NCBI GenBank assembly: GCA_963663865.1 | Contig: OY760686.1 | Coordinates: 1 to 64,000 of the forward strand | From: Spirochaetota bacterium | GTDB lineage: Bacteria; Spirochaetota; UBA4802; UBA5550 | Direction: 5' to 3' | Length of the DNA: 64,000 nucleotides | Shown here: positions 29,867-39,740 of the stretch, piece after piece | Position numbering within the stretch: the first letter of the stretch is position 1 | Layout of the letters: every line of letters starts with the position of its first letter | The notes under the pieces: model-generated | What the model was told of the DNA's origin: nothing | The model's input: the letters and a program-made list of their open reading frames with translations, nothing else | The model's database searches: none | Program-made: the position numbers and the translations under genes

Positions 29867-30073
29867 CTACAGAAGCCTTTCCCGTTTCGCCAGTTTTCTT
29901 AGTTTCATGGCTTCTTTCATGTTTCTCAAAACAAGGTCGTAGTAGGTACTCACCTTGTTGATCTCAAAAACATTGGATACTTCATTTGCGTAACGAAGCC
30001 GGTTATACTTTAGATCCACTTCCATATTCCTTTCCGCACATGCAAGATCACTCAACAGTTTTCGTGCTTCCAT
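29867..30073 (-). CDS. Small hypothetical protein (about 68 aa)
   Basis: ATG 30073 with AGGAGAG RBS; a GCCCC/GGGGC hairpin lies downstream near 29795. Confidence 0.55.
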   Translation of the reverse strand: MEARKLLSDLACAERNMEVDLKYNRLRYANEVSNVFEINKVSTYYDLVLRNMKEAMKLRKLAKRERLL

Positions 30074-30264
30074 AGTCACTCTCCTGTAATAAAATAGTTG
30101 CGCGGCAGATAATTGAGAAGAGTGTAGCACACTGGTATAATTAATCAATCAGGCAGAATCCTAATTAATTTGTAAGAAAAAATGCCTACATGATTGTAGG
30201 GTTATAGTGCAGAAATATCTTGACGAATAATACTTTTATAGGAATAATCAGGTCAGGTAAAACT

Positions 30265-30816
30265 ATGACAGATATTGATAAAGCTAAAGAATACTTCAGA
30301 AAACTAAAGGTTCTGGAAAAGCACTGCGACGGGAACACCAGAATGGCCAAGATGATTCTCGACGGCGATCTAAAGGATGTCGTTGTGCTGAAAGGAAGGT
30401 TTAAGGATATTGACGATGAAACCTACGGTCTCATTACCGTTTTCATCAACAAAATACTACCCGAAATAACCCATACTGAAGCGGTAGTTTCGCACCTGGC
30501 TTCAATATATCAGAGAAAACCGCTTGAGTACTGGCTTGATTTCTACAAGTCTATTATACGCGAAAAGCAGGAAGCAGAATACAACGAAGGAACCACGACT
30601 CAACTTTCAAACGCTCTTAAACGCTTCGTTGAAATCAAAGGACTTCCTAAGATTCTCGAATGGATTGAAAAGAACCAGATCAAGGAGCTCACAGATCTTT
30701 TCAGAGAAATAATTCACAGCATCCTCTCGATTGATGACAGCACTCTTCTGATTGATTTTGAACTCACGTCCTCAATAGAACTCTACGAGAAAACATCGCT
30801 GGACTTAGAAGAATAG
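30265..30816 (+). CDS. Hypothetical protein
   Basis: Long ORF with plausible composition; start ATG 30265 or TTG 30220. Confidence 0.7.
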   Translation: MTDIDKAKEYFRKLKVLEKHCDGNTRMAKMILDGDLKDVVVLKGRFKDIDDETYGLITVFINKILPEITHTEAVVSHLASIYQRKPLEYWLDFYKSIIREKQEAEYNEGTTTQLSNALKRFVEIKGLPKILEWIEKNQIKELTDLFREIIHSILSIDDSTLLIDFELTSSIELYEKTSLDLEE

Positions 30817-30879
30817 AAACACAGCAGCTGTTATAAAACAATGCCGCAATCCTTCCGGTTGCGGACGACCTCTGAACGC

Positions 30880-30914
30880 AAAAAAAGCCGGCCTTCTTAA
30901 GAAGGCCGGCTTTT
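30880..30914. terminator. Bidirectional intrinsic terminator
   Basis: AAAAAAAGCCGGCCTTC-TTAA-GAAGGCCGGCTTTT between the convergent tRNA pair and the hypothetical gene. Confidence 0.85.
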
Positions 30915-30917
30915 ATG

Positions 30918-30990
<73 letters not shown>

Positions 30991-31011
30991 ATCTTTACAA
31001 GCTGAGACTAT

Positions 31012-31084
31012 TGAGTCGCCTGGGACTCGAACCCAGGACCCACGGCTTAAAAGGCCGTTGCTCTACCGACTGAGCTAGCGACTC
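31012..31084 (-). tRNA. tRNA-Lys(UUU)
   Basis: GAGTCGCTAGCTCAGTCGGTAGAGCAACGGCCTTTTAAGCCGTGGGTCCTGGGTTCGAGTCCCAGGCGACTCA. Confidence 0.95.
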
Positions 31085-31199
31085 CCATGCTGATAAATAA
31101 CCGATAACTTATGACACCCAACCGTGTCAACTGAATTTAAAATTTCACCTGAAATTTTTTAACTAAATGTAGCTGTTAATCAAAAAACTTTATATTCAC

Positions 31200-32474
31200 T
31201 CACCTGGCATCCCTGTAAAAAGTTGCTTCTCGTCCCGGCCCCACAGAAACAATTGTTACAGGCACTCCTGTCAGCTTTTCCAGAGCGGATATGTAATTCT
31301 TTGCGGCAGCGGGAAGGCTCTCAATCGAAGTGCACTTTGATATATCCTCATCCCATCCGTCAAACTCTTCATAAATGGGACTCACCTCATCAAGCCGAGC
31401 CGAGGGGAACCCGTTGATTCTCTTTCCTGCAATCTCATATCCGACAGCTACTTTTATTTTCTTGAATCCGGTAAGCACGTCAAGCTTGGTCAGAGCCATT
31501 GAAGAAAGCCCGTTGACTCTCCTGGCCTGGCGGATAAGCTCTACGTCGAACCAGCCGCATCTGCGCGGCCTTCCCGTAGTAGAACCGAACTCCTTGCCAT
31601 TAACACGGAGACGGTCGCCCTCGTCACAGGTATCCTCTGTCGGAAATGGGCCCTCTCCAACTCTTGTTACGTATGCCTTGGTTATTCCTATAACTTCATT
31701 TATATTAAAGGTATTGAGTCCCGTCCCAAGAAGCGCCCCGCCAATCGTCGGATTCGACGATGTCACAAACGGGTATGTCCCGTGATCTATATCGAGAGCA
31801 AAACCCTGGGCCCCCTCAAGAAGGACATTTTTACCGTCTTCAAGATAATCGTGAAGCAACGTCTGTGAATCTTTTATCATGTCTCCGGCTTTTTCCCTGA
31901 AATCATCAAGAATCAGCATAATCTCATCAACAGTAAAAGCCCTTCTCGAATAAAGCTTCTCGAACATGGGATTTTTAACAGCGAGCGCGTGCTCGACCTT
32001 CTCACGCAGAGTATCGCGGTCAAAGACATCACCTGCCCTTATACCGATACGAAGACACTTGTCAGCGTAGCAGGGACCTATTCCTCTGTGCGTTGTGCCG
32101 ATTTTCTTCTGTCTCAGGTCTTCCATGGCTGCATCAAGCTCTTTGTGGTACGGAAGTATAAGGTGAACACAGTCGGAAACGACAAACCTGTCTCTAACAT
32201 CAATGCCTTCCCCTTCAAGCTGCTCTATTTCATTAAGCAGCTGCACTGGATCTATTACGAGGCCGTTCCCTACAACGCATACCTTTTCCCCGTGAAGAAT
32301 TCCTGACGGAACAAGGTGAAAAATATGCTTTTCTCCGCCAACCACTACAGTATGGCCCGCGTTGGCTCCCCCCTGGTACCTTACCACGACATCGGCGTCC
32401 TTGGCAAGAAAGTCAATCATCTTGGCTTTACCCTCATCACCCCACTGGGTGCCAATTGCTACCATACAGCTCAT
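31200..32474 (-). CDS. purA: Adenylosuccinate synthetase
   Basis: QWGDEGKAK, GGANAGHT, EGAQG, TTGRPRRCGWFD. Confidence 0.98.
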   Translation of the reverse strand: MSCMVAIGTQWGDEGKAKMIDFLAKDADVVVRYQGGANAGHTVVVGGEKHIFHLVPSGILHGEKVCVVGNGLVIDPVQLLNEIEQLEGEGIDVRDRFVVSDCVHLILPYHKELDAAMEDLRQKKIGTTHRGIGPCYADKCLRIGIRAGDVFDRDTLREKVEHALAVKNPMFEKLYSRRAFTVDEIMLILDDFREKAGDMIKDSQTLLHDYLEDGKNVLLEGAQGFALDIDHGTYPFVTSSNPTIGGALLGTGLNTFNINEVIGITKAYVTRVGEGPFPTEDTCDEGDRLRVNGKEFGSTTGRPRRCGWFDVELIRQARRVNGLSSMALTKLDVLTGFKKIKVAVGYEIAGKRINGFPSARLDEVSPIYEEFDGWDEDISKCTSIESLPAAAKNYISALEKLTGVPVTIVSVGPGREATFYRDAR

Positions 32475-32591
32475 TTGTTTCCTCTTTTTTTCTCATAATC
32501 ACGCACAGTCTGGCATTTTATTTCCAGATACTAAAATAACAAGTTTTTTTCTCAGACACGCACTTAAAAATCATTTACATTTTTTTTGGCC

Positions 32592-32619
32592 TAAACAATA
32601 AACCCCCGCCTGCCGATAT
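32592..32619 (+). promoter_or_regulatory. Putative sigma28 (FliA) promoter
   Basis: TAAA-N16-GCCGATAT just upstream of the LysM/M23 gene. Confidence 0.5.
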
Positions 32620-32620
32620 T

Positions 32621-33325
32621 ATGATTAAGGAGCACTGTGCTCAAAAAAGGGGTCTCTTGAAGCTGAAACTATTTACAACGACTGTTCAACTGCTGCTGTT
32701 TTGCTCCATTATTGCCGGTTACCCGGTACAGGATGGCGTAGAATGCGGAACCCTTAATGCCGGGACTTATAGAAAGCCGGCGCGAATCCACATAGTGAAA
32801 AACGGCGAGACCCTTTACTCAATCTCACGCCGCTACGGATTAAAACCCCAGGAACTCTGCGCGTTCAATAAAATCAGCATGGACAGCACCCTGTATGCCG
32901 GTACGAAGCTGAAAATTCCGCCAACCGGGAACTTTTCACCAGGAAAGCCCGCGCATGGCCGGCCTCTGTTCATCTGGCCCGTCAAAAACCCCATATCGTG
33001 TAAAAAAGACGGTTCTGACGGCGTTAAATCTATCGGCATTGTGATTCAATCACGTCCTGCGTCTCAGGTTTTTTCCTCAGCCAGCGGGATTGTGCGAAAG
33101 ATAGGCTTTATGCGGGGCTTCGGCAAATATGTCATGGTTACTCACAGCGACAGGTATGTTACAGTATATTCAAACCTGGAGCGGATTATGGTAAAAAGCG
33201 GTAAAACTGTCAGGACAGGTGAAACTATCGGAATAGCTGACGCAAGTACAGGGAAGGTTCACTTCCAGATTGACAGAGCGGGACGCCCGGCAGATCCACT
33301 TAAGCTGCTTCCCGCGAGAGGCTGA
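32621..33325 (+). CDS. LysM + M23-domain protein (NlpD-like, probably non-catalytic)
   Basis: HIVKNGETLYSISRRYG LysM; FIWPV; M23-like C-terminus lacking HxxxD; true start possibly TTG 32657. Confidence 0.8.
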   Translation: MIKEHCAQKRGLLKLKLFTTTVQLLLFCSIIAGYPVQDGVECGTLNAGTYRKPARIHIVKNGETLYSISRRYGLKPQELCAFNKISMDSTLYAGTKLKIPPTGNFSPGKPAHGRPLFIWPVKNPISCKKDGSDGVKSIGIVIQSRPASQVFSSASGIVRKIGFMRGFGKYVMVTHSDRYVTVYSNLERIMVKSGKTVRTGETIGIADASTGKVHFQIDRAGRPADPLKLLPARG

Positions 33326-33464
33326 TTTTTTCTGAAACCTATTTAAACCTGAGAACTCTATAGACTATGTCTGTTGTTGACCCCTGCCGCCCTTTGCGGC
33401 GGGGTTTTCTTTGCAAAAAATCACTGACGGCGTCCCACCAAACGCCGCCTTAAAGGAGACATCA

Positions 33465-35366
33465 ATGTCCGGCAAGCACATCCTCAGACTGAATACAGTT
33501 TTTTTAATACTGTTTGCTGCAGGCGCCCTCAGCGCCGAAGGAATCGGATTAACGGCACCGACAGGACCAGTCACCGTTCCCGCGGGAACGAAAGCGGTTC
33601 TGCCGGTTAAAGTCAATACCCCCCCCCGAAGTCATTTTTATGGAAACCCGAAAGGGCCCGGAACAGGAAAGCCGGTTGAGATTACTGTAAAGGCCGATAC
33701 ACCACTGCTGGCCGGGGAAATCAGGATTACCCGCCCCGCCAGATATACCGCAAAAAGCAGCTCTGAGCATGTCTGGATTCACGAGAACGGGGCCGTTATA
33801 TTCGTCACTGTTGAGGTTCCGAATGACGCAAAAGCCGCCGAGTACTCCTTAAGAGTGGATATTGATGCCCTTCTGTGCACGGACACGTCGTGCATCCCGC
33901 AGCGCACCGGAATTGATATTCCCTTAAAGATCCCGTCCGGGGCGGCCGGAGCTTACCGATTGACACCGCGGCTTAAGAAATTGCTGGCTGACTCCCAGGT
34001 GATAGGCAGCCATTCAGCACATGCAAAGTCTGCTTCGTATTCAGATGCCGGGGAAAAAAGCAGCACATCCTTCTCACCGGAATACATAGGCGGCAGCTCT
34101 GTCAGCGGAATACTTCAGGCAATTATCCTCGGACTTATTGCCGGCTTCATCCTTAACTTCATGCCGTGCGTTCTCCCGGTTGTCAGCCTCAAGCTTATGT
34201 CATTCGCACGGAACGCCGGCAGCAGCCGGCCAAAGCTTATTAAGCTCGGATTGTCTTTTTCCGCTGGCATTGTAGCGAGTTTTACAGTTCTCGCGGCGCT
34301 TGCGGCCTTTTTCGGTTACAGCTGGGGCGGGCTCTTCCAGCACCGTGCTTTTTTAACCGCCATGACAGCTGTTGTTTTCGCGCTGGCGATGTCTCTCTTT
34401 GGCCTTTTCTCTGTAAATATACCTTCATTCGCAGGGAAACAGCAAAACACAAAATCGGGATATGGAGACGCGTTCGGGAAAGGGCTTCTTGCTACGCTTC
34501 TGGCGACTCCATGCAGCGGGCCCTTTCTCGGAGGCACACTTGCCTGGACGCTCAACCAGCATCCGGCGGTTATCTTTGCCGTATTCATATCGATAGGAGC
34601 AGGAATGTCAATACCCTATCTGCTCATGACTGCGGCTCCGTCATTTATGCGCTTTATCCCCAAACCGGGGCCATGGCTTGGAGTTTTTGAGAAAGCTATG
34701 GGCTTTTTGCTGGTACTGACTACAGTTTATCTTATTTCGCTTTTTGAACCGGCTGATATTATGCCTGTAATACTGTTCCTTGCCCTTCTTACTCCGGCTC
34801 TATGGCTTTACGGGAAGTACGGCTCTCCCATCAACCCGAAAAAACAGAGAACTATTGCGTCATCAGCTGCAGTAATAATAGCTATAGCCGCATGGTTTAT
34901 ATCGTTCATCCTTATATTCTCCCCTTCAGCTGAAAAAACAGAGATACGCAGCGTAGTTAAATCTAAATTTTCAATTGAACGCCTCGGTAAAAATGCTTCG
35001 GAGGGCCGTATAAGCTTTGTGAAGTTTACGGCAGACTGGTGTCCGAACTGCAAGGTAGTTGAGCGTATCTCACTCAATGACAGCCGGGTTCAGGAAGCCA
35101 TTGCAAAATCGGGGGCTGAGCTTCTAACAGCTGACATCACACGTCCTTATCCTGATGCCGAGAAACTGCTGAAGCAGCTCGGCAGCAGGTCTATCCCATT
35201 CCTTGCGGTATTCCCGCCCGGAGACGAATTCGCCAGGCCGGTTTGCCTGCGGGACATGTACTCGGCATCAGACGTGGTTGAGGCCCTTAAAAGCGCTGAG
35301 CGGCGGATAAAGCCTTCAGGAGAGAATTTCCCGGTCAAGGAGATCGAGGACTTCGGGCATCAATGA
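33465..35366 (+). CDS. DsbD-family thiol:disulfide interchange protein
   Basis: N-terminal CTDTSC, TM domain LNFMPCVLP / LATPCSGP, thioredoxin WCPNC; ATG after AAGGAG. Confidence 0.9.
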   Translation: MSGKHILRLNTVFLILFAAGALSAEGIGLTAPTGPVTVPAGTKAVLPVKVNTPPRSHFYGNPKGPGTGKPVEITVKADTPLLAGEIRITRPARYTAKSSSEHVWIHENGAVIFVTVEVPNDAKAAEYSLRVDIDALLCTDTSCIPQRTGIDIPLKIPSGAAGAYRLTPRLKKLLADSQVIGSHSAHAKSASYSDAGEKSSTSFSPEYIGGSSVSGILQAIILGLIAGFILNFMPCVLPVVSLKLMSFARNAGSSRPKLIKLGLSFSAGIVASFTVLAALAAFFGYSWGGLFQHRAFLTAMTAVVFALAMSLFGLFSVNIPSFAGKQQNTKSGYGDAFGKGLLATLLATPCSGPFLGGTLAWTLNQHPAVIFAVFISIGAGMSIPYLLMTAAPSFMRFIPKPGPWLGVFEKAMGFLLVLTTVYLISLFEPADIMPVILFLALLTPALWLYGKYGSPINPKKQRTIASSAAVIIAIAAWFISFILIFSPSAEKTEIRSVVKSKFSIERLGKNASEGRISFVKFTADWCPNCKVVERISLNDSRVQEAIAKSGAELLTADITRPYPDAEKLLKQLGSRSIPFLAVFPPGDEFARPVCLRDMYSASDVVEALKSAERRIKPSGENFPVKEIEDFGHQ

Positions 35367-35846
35367 AGCTATTGATTGCATCTCATCGCGGCTGAATTCG
35401 GAGAGAACATAATCGGCCACAGGAACCCTGGAGTCCTCGGGACGGCCTACGCCAAACCTGAGACGGCTGAAATCAGGGTTCCCTGCCTGCTGAATAATCG
35501 ACCTTATTCCGTTATGACCCCTGTGCCCGCCGCCCTTCTTTATCTCGAAACGCCCGAACACAAAATCAATCTCGTCATGGACAGCAACGAGCGATGAGGT
35601 TTCAAGCTTATAAAAGCTCATTGCCTGTGAAACCGACTCACCGCTCCGGTTCATATAGGTGTGAGGGACGAGAACACAGACATCCGTGTTTCCGACCTTG
35701 CCGGTTCCGTAAAACCCGCCAAATCCCTTCTGAGAGCACCTGATTCCATGCCTCTCCGCAAAATGCTCTCCGATTATAAACCCGATATTATGCCGTGTTT
35801 TACTGTATCTCTTTCCGGGATTGCCTAAAAAAACAACCAGTTTCAT
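35316..35846 (-). CDS. pth: Peptidyl-tRNA hydrolase
   Basis: LGNPG...TRHNIGF, TYMNRSG, HDEID, GHNGIRS. Confidence 0.96.
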   Translation of the reverse strand: MKLVVFLGNPGKRYSKTRHNIGFIIGEHFAERHGIRCSQKGFGGFYGTGKVGNTDVCVLVPHTYMNRSGESVSQAMSFYKLETSSLVAVHDEIDFVFGRFEIKKGGGHRGHNGIRSIIQQAGNPDFSRLRFGVGRPEDSRVPVADYVLSEFSRDEMQSIASLMPEVLDLLDREILS

Positions 35847-35868
35847 TTATCCATCCGTGCTGTCTGGT

Positions 35869-36204
35869 TCATCCGGCAATAAAGTCCAGCGCCGAAGCGG
35901 TGTTTATGAACATATTTATACGGTCATAAAGCCCCGTCACTCTGAGCATTTCCTCAACCTCCCGGCTGACTTTCACGAGAACGAACTTCTTTCCGTCGCC
36001 TTCAAACCTGTTGTGATATTTAATGATAATTCCAAGCGCGGAGCTGTCAACGTATTCCAGCCCTGACACGTCAAGAATGACATTTGAACCAGATTCATAG
36101 ATATCGTCAAGCACAGACTGAAAGTTCAAAACATACTCTGACGAGAGCGATCCCTCGATATTTATAACGGGTGTACCCATGATACTGCAGGTTGATATTT
36201 TCAT
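35869..36204 (-). CDS. STAS-domain anti-sigma-factor antagonist
   Basis: LDVSGLEYVDSSALG motif with the phosphorylatable Ser. Confidence 0.9.
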   Translation of the reverse strand: MKISTCSIMGTPVINIEGSLSSEYVLNFQSVLDDIYESGSNVILDVSGLEYVDSSALGIIIKYHNRFEGDGKKFVLVKVSREVEEMLRVTGLYDRINMFINTASALDFIAG

Positions 36205-36269
36205 ATACGCACCAGCCTGAAATATTTTTGCGCGTCAGGAGTGCAGCTTGAGTAAATTTTCCCATATAT

Positions 36270-36296
36270 GTATCGGTTTATGCCGGACTTAACTTA
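36270..36296 (-). promoter_or_regulatory. Putative sigma28 promoter of STAS-pth
   Basis: TAAG-N15-ACCGATAC on the minus strand. Confidence 0.4.
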
Positions 36297-36495
36297 AGCG
36301 GAATCCGCTATTTTTTCTGCGCTCGTCCATTTTTTTATGCAAAATCAAATTCAAGCTTGCCCCAAACCGCTCAATGCTGAAGATTAGCCTCATACGGCAT
36401 CGCTGGTGCTGCCGCATCGATATCGGGGCATTATTCACCGCAGTGGATAGCGCTTGTAATCTAAACAGACGAATTTCCTGAAGGTTTTCTTTAAT

Positions 36496-39126
36496 ATGCA
36501 TAGATATATATCAGCTATTTCACTAATTCTGATACTGATACCGCTGTCAACCAGGGGGGCCGCGTTCAGCGGAAAGGGACTTTACGGTCTGGGAAACTCC
36601 CCTTCAGCAGCCGGCCGGGGTTCGACAGCTGTTTCCTCATCCGGGTTTGAATACTTCATGTACAACCCGGCATCTGCTGCCGGCTCCGACAGGGGAGGGG
36701 TTTCACTGATGTACGCCTTCCCGGCTTCGGGTTTCCACTACCCCGGAGTTGCTTTCGGATTCCCGACAGCCTACGGAACTCTGGCAGGCTCCTTCAGACA
36801 CCTTACAATAGGCAACCCTGAGGACATTTCGACCGCATGGGCGTTTTCGCTCGGCGGAGGTAAAAACATAACCCCGAAAATGGCCTTCGGAGCGGGATTG
36901 AATATCATTGCAGGTACATCAAGCGAAGGAGAAAGCTTTTATTACCCCGGCGTAACCCTTGGCAGCAGATATTGCTTCTCAGGCATGCCGAGAACAATGG
37001 GCCTGGGCATCTTCTCGCCTTCAGTTGGAGCTGCTCTCAGCGCCGGTTTTCCCGGAGGAAGCATCGATTCCGGCGAAGGCTTTAACGGCATTACAGCAGG
37101 ATATGAATTCAGCTTTTTCAGGCATGCTCTCTTTGAACTTTGCTGGCATAACGATATCACCCTTTTTAACTACAATGAAGGTTTCCCTATAAAAGCCGGC
37201 ATTGAGTCGGAGTTCCGGAACGGCCTTATCCTGCGCACGGGGGCAATACTGTTCAACGAATACGGGTGCAGTTCAATAACTGCCGGCGCCGGATACAGAT
37301 TCAAAACAGCAGCTTTTACAGGTTCCGTAGACTATACAGCAAGCTACGGAGCCGGAAGCGTTGTCCACTTCGTCGGCATTACCGCCAGCTACGGCTCACC
37401 CGACAGAGAACCGCCTAAGGCAGAGATATCACCGGAAACGGCATATATTTCGCCTAACCACGACGGAACGCGGGATTACATCGAATTCAGCCTTAACGTT
37501 ACAGACAGGAGCCTGATTAAAGGATGGCGCCTTCAGATTCTCGGTGAGAACTCGTCGGGTATCAGAGAGTTTCGAATGAGCGAGCGGGACATCATTAAGC
37601 CGTTGACCCCTTCTCTCTTCGTGAAGCGGATTTTTTCAAGCAGCATTTCGCTCGACGTTCCACGGACTATTATCTGGGATGGAACCAATCCTGATGGAAG
37701 CACGGCAAAGGACGGGGTGTACACATATTCATTCTCCGTCTGGGATGAGCACGACAACATGGCACCAAAAAAGACCGGAACAATTATCCTCGACAACACC
37801 CCTCCGGCGGTACAACTTAAGGATCACACTGCAATGTTCTCTCCCAACAGCGACGGACGCAAAGACCTGTTCAGGACAAAACTCGAGAGTTCCACATCGC
37901 CCTCGGATATCTGGACCGCGTCAATAAAGGACAGCCTCGGAAATACGGTTAAGGAATTCACCTGGCAAGGGGCCTCGCTTCCCTCTGAACTTATATGGGA
38001 CGGGCTAACCGATGCGGGCTTAGAAGCTCCTGATGGAGTTTACAGCCTGACGATAAGCGCTTCCGACATGGCAGGAAATACATCATCCGCAGAGATTAAT
38101 GACATTGTGCTGACACGAAGCTATCAGGCTGCCGACATCCGCATTGAGAGTCTGTATTTATCCCATAGAATTTCTAATTCACTCAGGATGTTCCCGTCAT
38201 TGTCTTCTACCAGCGGCCTTGAAAGCTACAGCGCAGTCATTTCCGATAATGACGGTGACCCTGTAAAGGAGATTTCCGGCACTGCTCCGCTTCCGGCAGT
38301 TATAAGCTGGAGCTGTACTGACAACAATAACGAGAAGCTCAAGGACGGCACATACAGTGTTAAATTGACGGCGGCCTTTAACAGCGGGAACACGCCTTCC
38401 AGCTTTCCGAAAAAACTCATAGTCGACAGTACCCCGCCGAACTTGAAAGTAACCCACAGCCCGGAACGATTTTCTCCCGACAACGACGGGGAAAACGATA
38501 TACTGACAATAAAACCTGATTGTTATGATAAAAGCCCTGTTGACTCATGGGCCGTAAGGATTGTCAGCCCTGCCGGAACCATCTTTAAAACTTTTACGGG
38601 CAAAGGTGCTCCGCCGGCAGAAATCAAATGGGACGGCCTGGGGGACAACCTGGACATTGTCGAATCCGCTGCCGATTACGGAATAGAGTTTTCGGCCACA
38701 GACGCTGCCGGCAACACATCTACGGTTACGGGGAAACCAATTAAGGTGGATATTCTGGTTGTTGTTACTGAGAGGGGCCTGAAAATGCGGATAAGCAATA
38801 TTCAGTTTGCCTTCGACAGCGATGTCCTCCGTCCTTCGGGAATGAGGGTTCTCGACAGGGTAATCGACATTCTCAACAGCTATCAGAATTACGACATCGT
38901 TATAGAAGGACACACCGACGATATCGGCGAAGATTCATACAATCTTACCCTTTCGGAAAAGCGGGCTAAATCGGTATACGACTATCTGTCAAAGAAAGGA
39001 ATCTCCCGTGAACGGCTGGATTTTATCGGACTGGGTGAAACAGTTCCGCAATATCCGAACACTAACGAGGAAAACAGAAGAAGAAACAGACGCGTTGAGT
39101 TCCTTCTGATGAAAATACATAAATAA
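36496..39126 (+). CDS. Large OmpA-family outer-membrane protein (N-terminal barrel-like region, FlgD-Ig-like repeats, OmpA_C)
   Basis: Signal peptide; YNPA motif; repeats (F/I)SPNxDGxxD...WDG...DGxY; C-terminal IEGHTD...LSEKRA...NRRVEF. Confidence 0.85.
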   Translation: MHRYISAISLILILIPLSTRGAAFSGKGLYGLGNSPSAAGRGSTAVSSSGFEYFMYNPASAAGSDRGGVSLMYAFPASGFHYPGVAFGFPTAYGTLAGSFRHLTIGNPEDISTAWAFSLGGGKNITPKMAFGAGLNIIAGTSSEGESFYYPGVTLGSRYCFSGMPRTMGLGIFSPSVGAALSAGFPGGSIDSGEGFNGITAGYEFSFFRHALFELCWHNDITLFNYNEGFPIKAGIESEFRNGLILRTGAILFNEYGCSSITAGAGYRFKTAAFTGSVDYTASYGAGSVVHFVGITASYGSPDREPPKAEISPETAYISPNHDGTRDYIEFSLNVTDRSLIKGWRLQILGENSSGIREFRMSERDIIKPLTPSLFVKRIFSSSISLDVPRTIIWDGTNPDGSTAKDGVYTYSFSVWDEHDNMAPKKTGTIILDNTPPAVQLKDHTAMFSPNSDGRKDLFRTKLESSTSPSDIWTASIKDSLGNTVKEFTWQGASLPSELIWDGLTDAGLEAPDGVYSLTISASDMAGNTSSAEINDIVLTRSYQAADIRIESLYLSHRISNSLRMFPSLSSTSGLESYSAVISDNDGDPVKEISGTAPLPAVISWSCTDNNNEKLKDGTYSVKLTAAFNSGNTPSSFPKKLIVDSTPPNLKVTHSPERFSPDNDGENDILTIKPDCYDKSPVDSWAVRIVSPAGTIFKTFTGKGAPPAEIKWDGLGDNLDIVESAADYGIEFSATDAAGNTSTVTGKPIKVDILVVVTERGLKMRISNIQFAFDSDVLRPSGMRVLDRVIDILNSYQNYDIVIEGHTDDIGEDSYNLTLSEKRAKSVYDYLSKKGISRERLDFIGLGETVPQYPNTNEENRRRNRRVEFLLMKIHK

Positions 39127-39209
39127 GCAATATAGACTAAAGACTCAGGAATTTTTTTTGACACCAGAGCGAAGCTGATTATTCTTGTTCTGTAGAGGAG
39201 ATACGTATT

Positions 39210-39659
39210 ATGGATTCACTATTGGAACTTATAAGGTCACTTTTCAGACTGCTTGGCAGGTTGACAGAATTTCTGTTAGACCGTTTTATGGAGCTTAATT
39301 TCTTCGACAGGCTCCTGATTATTTGCGTTATCCCTTCATTTGCGGCTGTGATGCTGCCGGTTGGGAAGTTTTATATCTTTGAAAACTGGTATTCGCTGAA
39401 CAATCCGCTGGCAATATACCTGATAGGAATATCTATTGTCATTTTTGCCAGCTTCATCATCCGGCCTTTATACAGGATGCTTATTAGAGTAATGTGCGCT
39501 GGAGCTTATCTGTTAAATCTGCTTTATATTCATTTCGGCGATGGTTTCGCGCGGACTGAATATGAGCTTTCTGCCGGGTTCTATTTGAACATAGCCGTGC
39601 CGATCCTCATTGCCGCATTTTCAGCTCTTAGCTATTACGCTTATGGCAGAGAAAACTAA
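39210..39659 (+). CDS. Hypothetical membrane protein (about 4 TM)
   Basis: Hydrophobic 149-aa ORF with an AGGAG RBS. Confidence 0.75.
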   Translation: MDSLLELIRSLFRLLGRLTEFLLDRFMELNFFDRLLIICVIPSFAAVMLPVGKFYIFENWYSLNNPLAIYLIGISIVIFASFIIRPLYRMLIRVMCAGAYLLNLLYIHFGDGFARTEYELSAGFYLNIAVPILIAAFSALSYYAYGREN

Positions 39660-39740
39660 TGGCTGTTCTCATTACACAATAAAAAAAGCGGCCTAACCTC
39701 ATTTGGCCGACACCAACTTGCTAAACAGGAGGCAACAAAT

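Noticed and set aside
35316-35366. 51-bp convergent overlap of the dsbD-like gene and pth
   Set aside because: Short 3' overlaps are common and no additional structure was seen.
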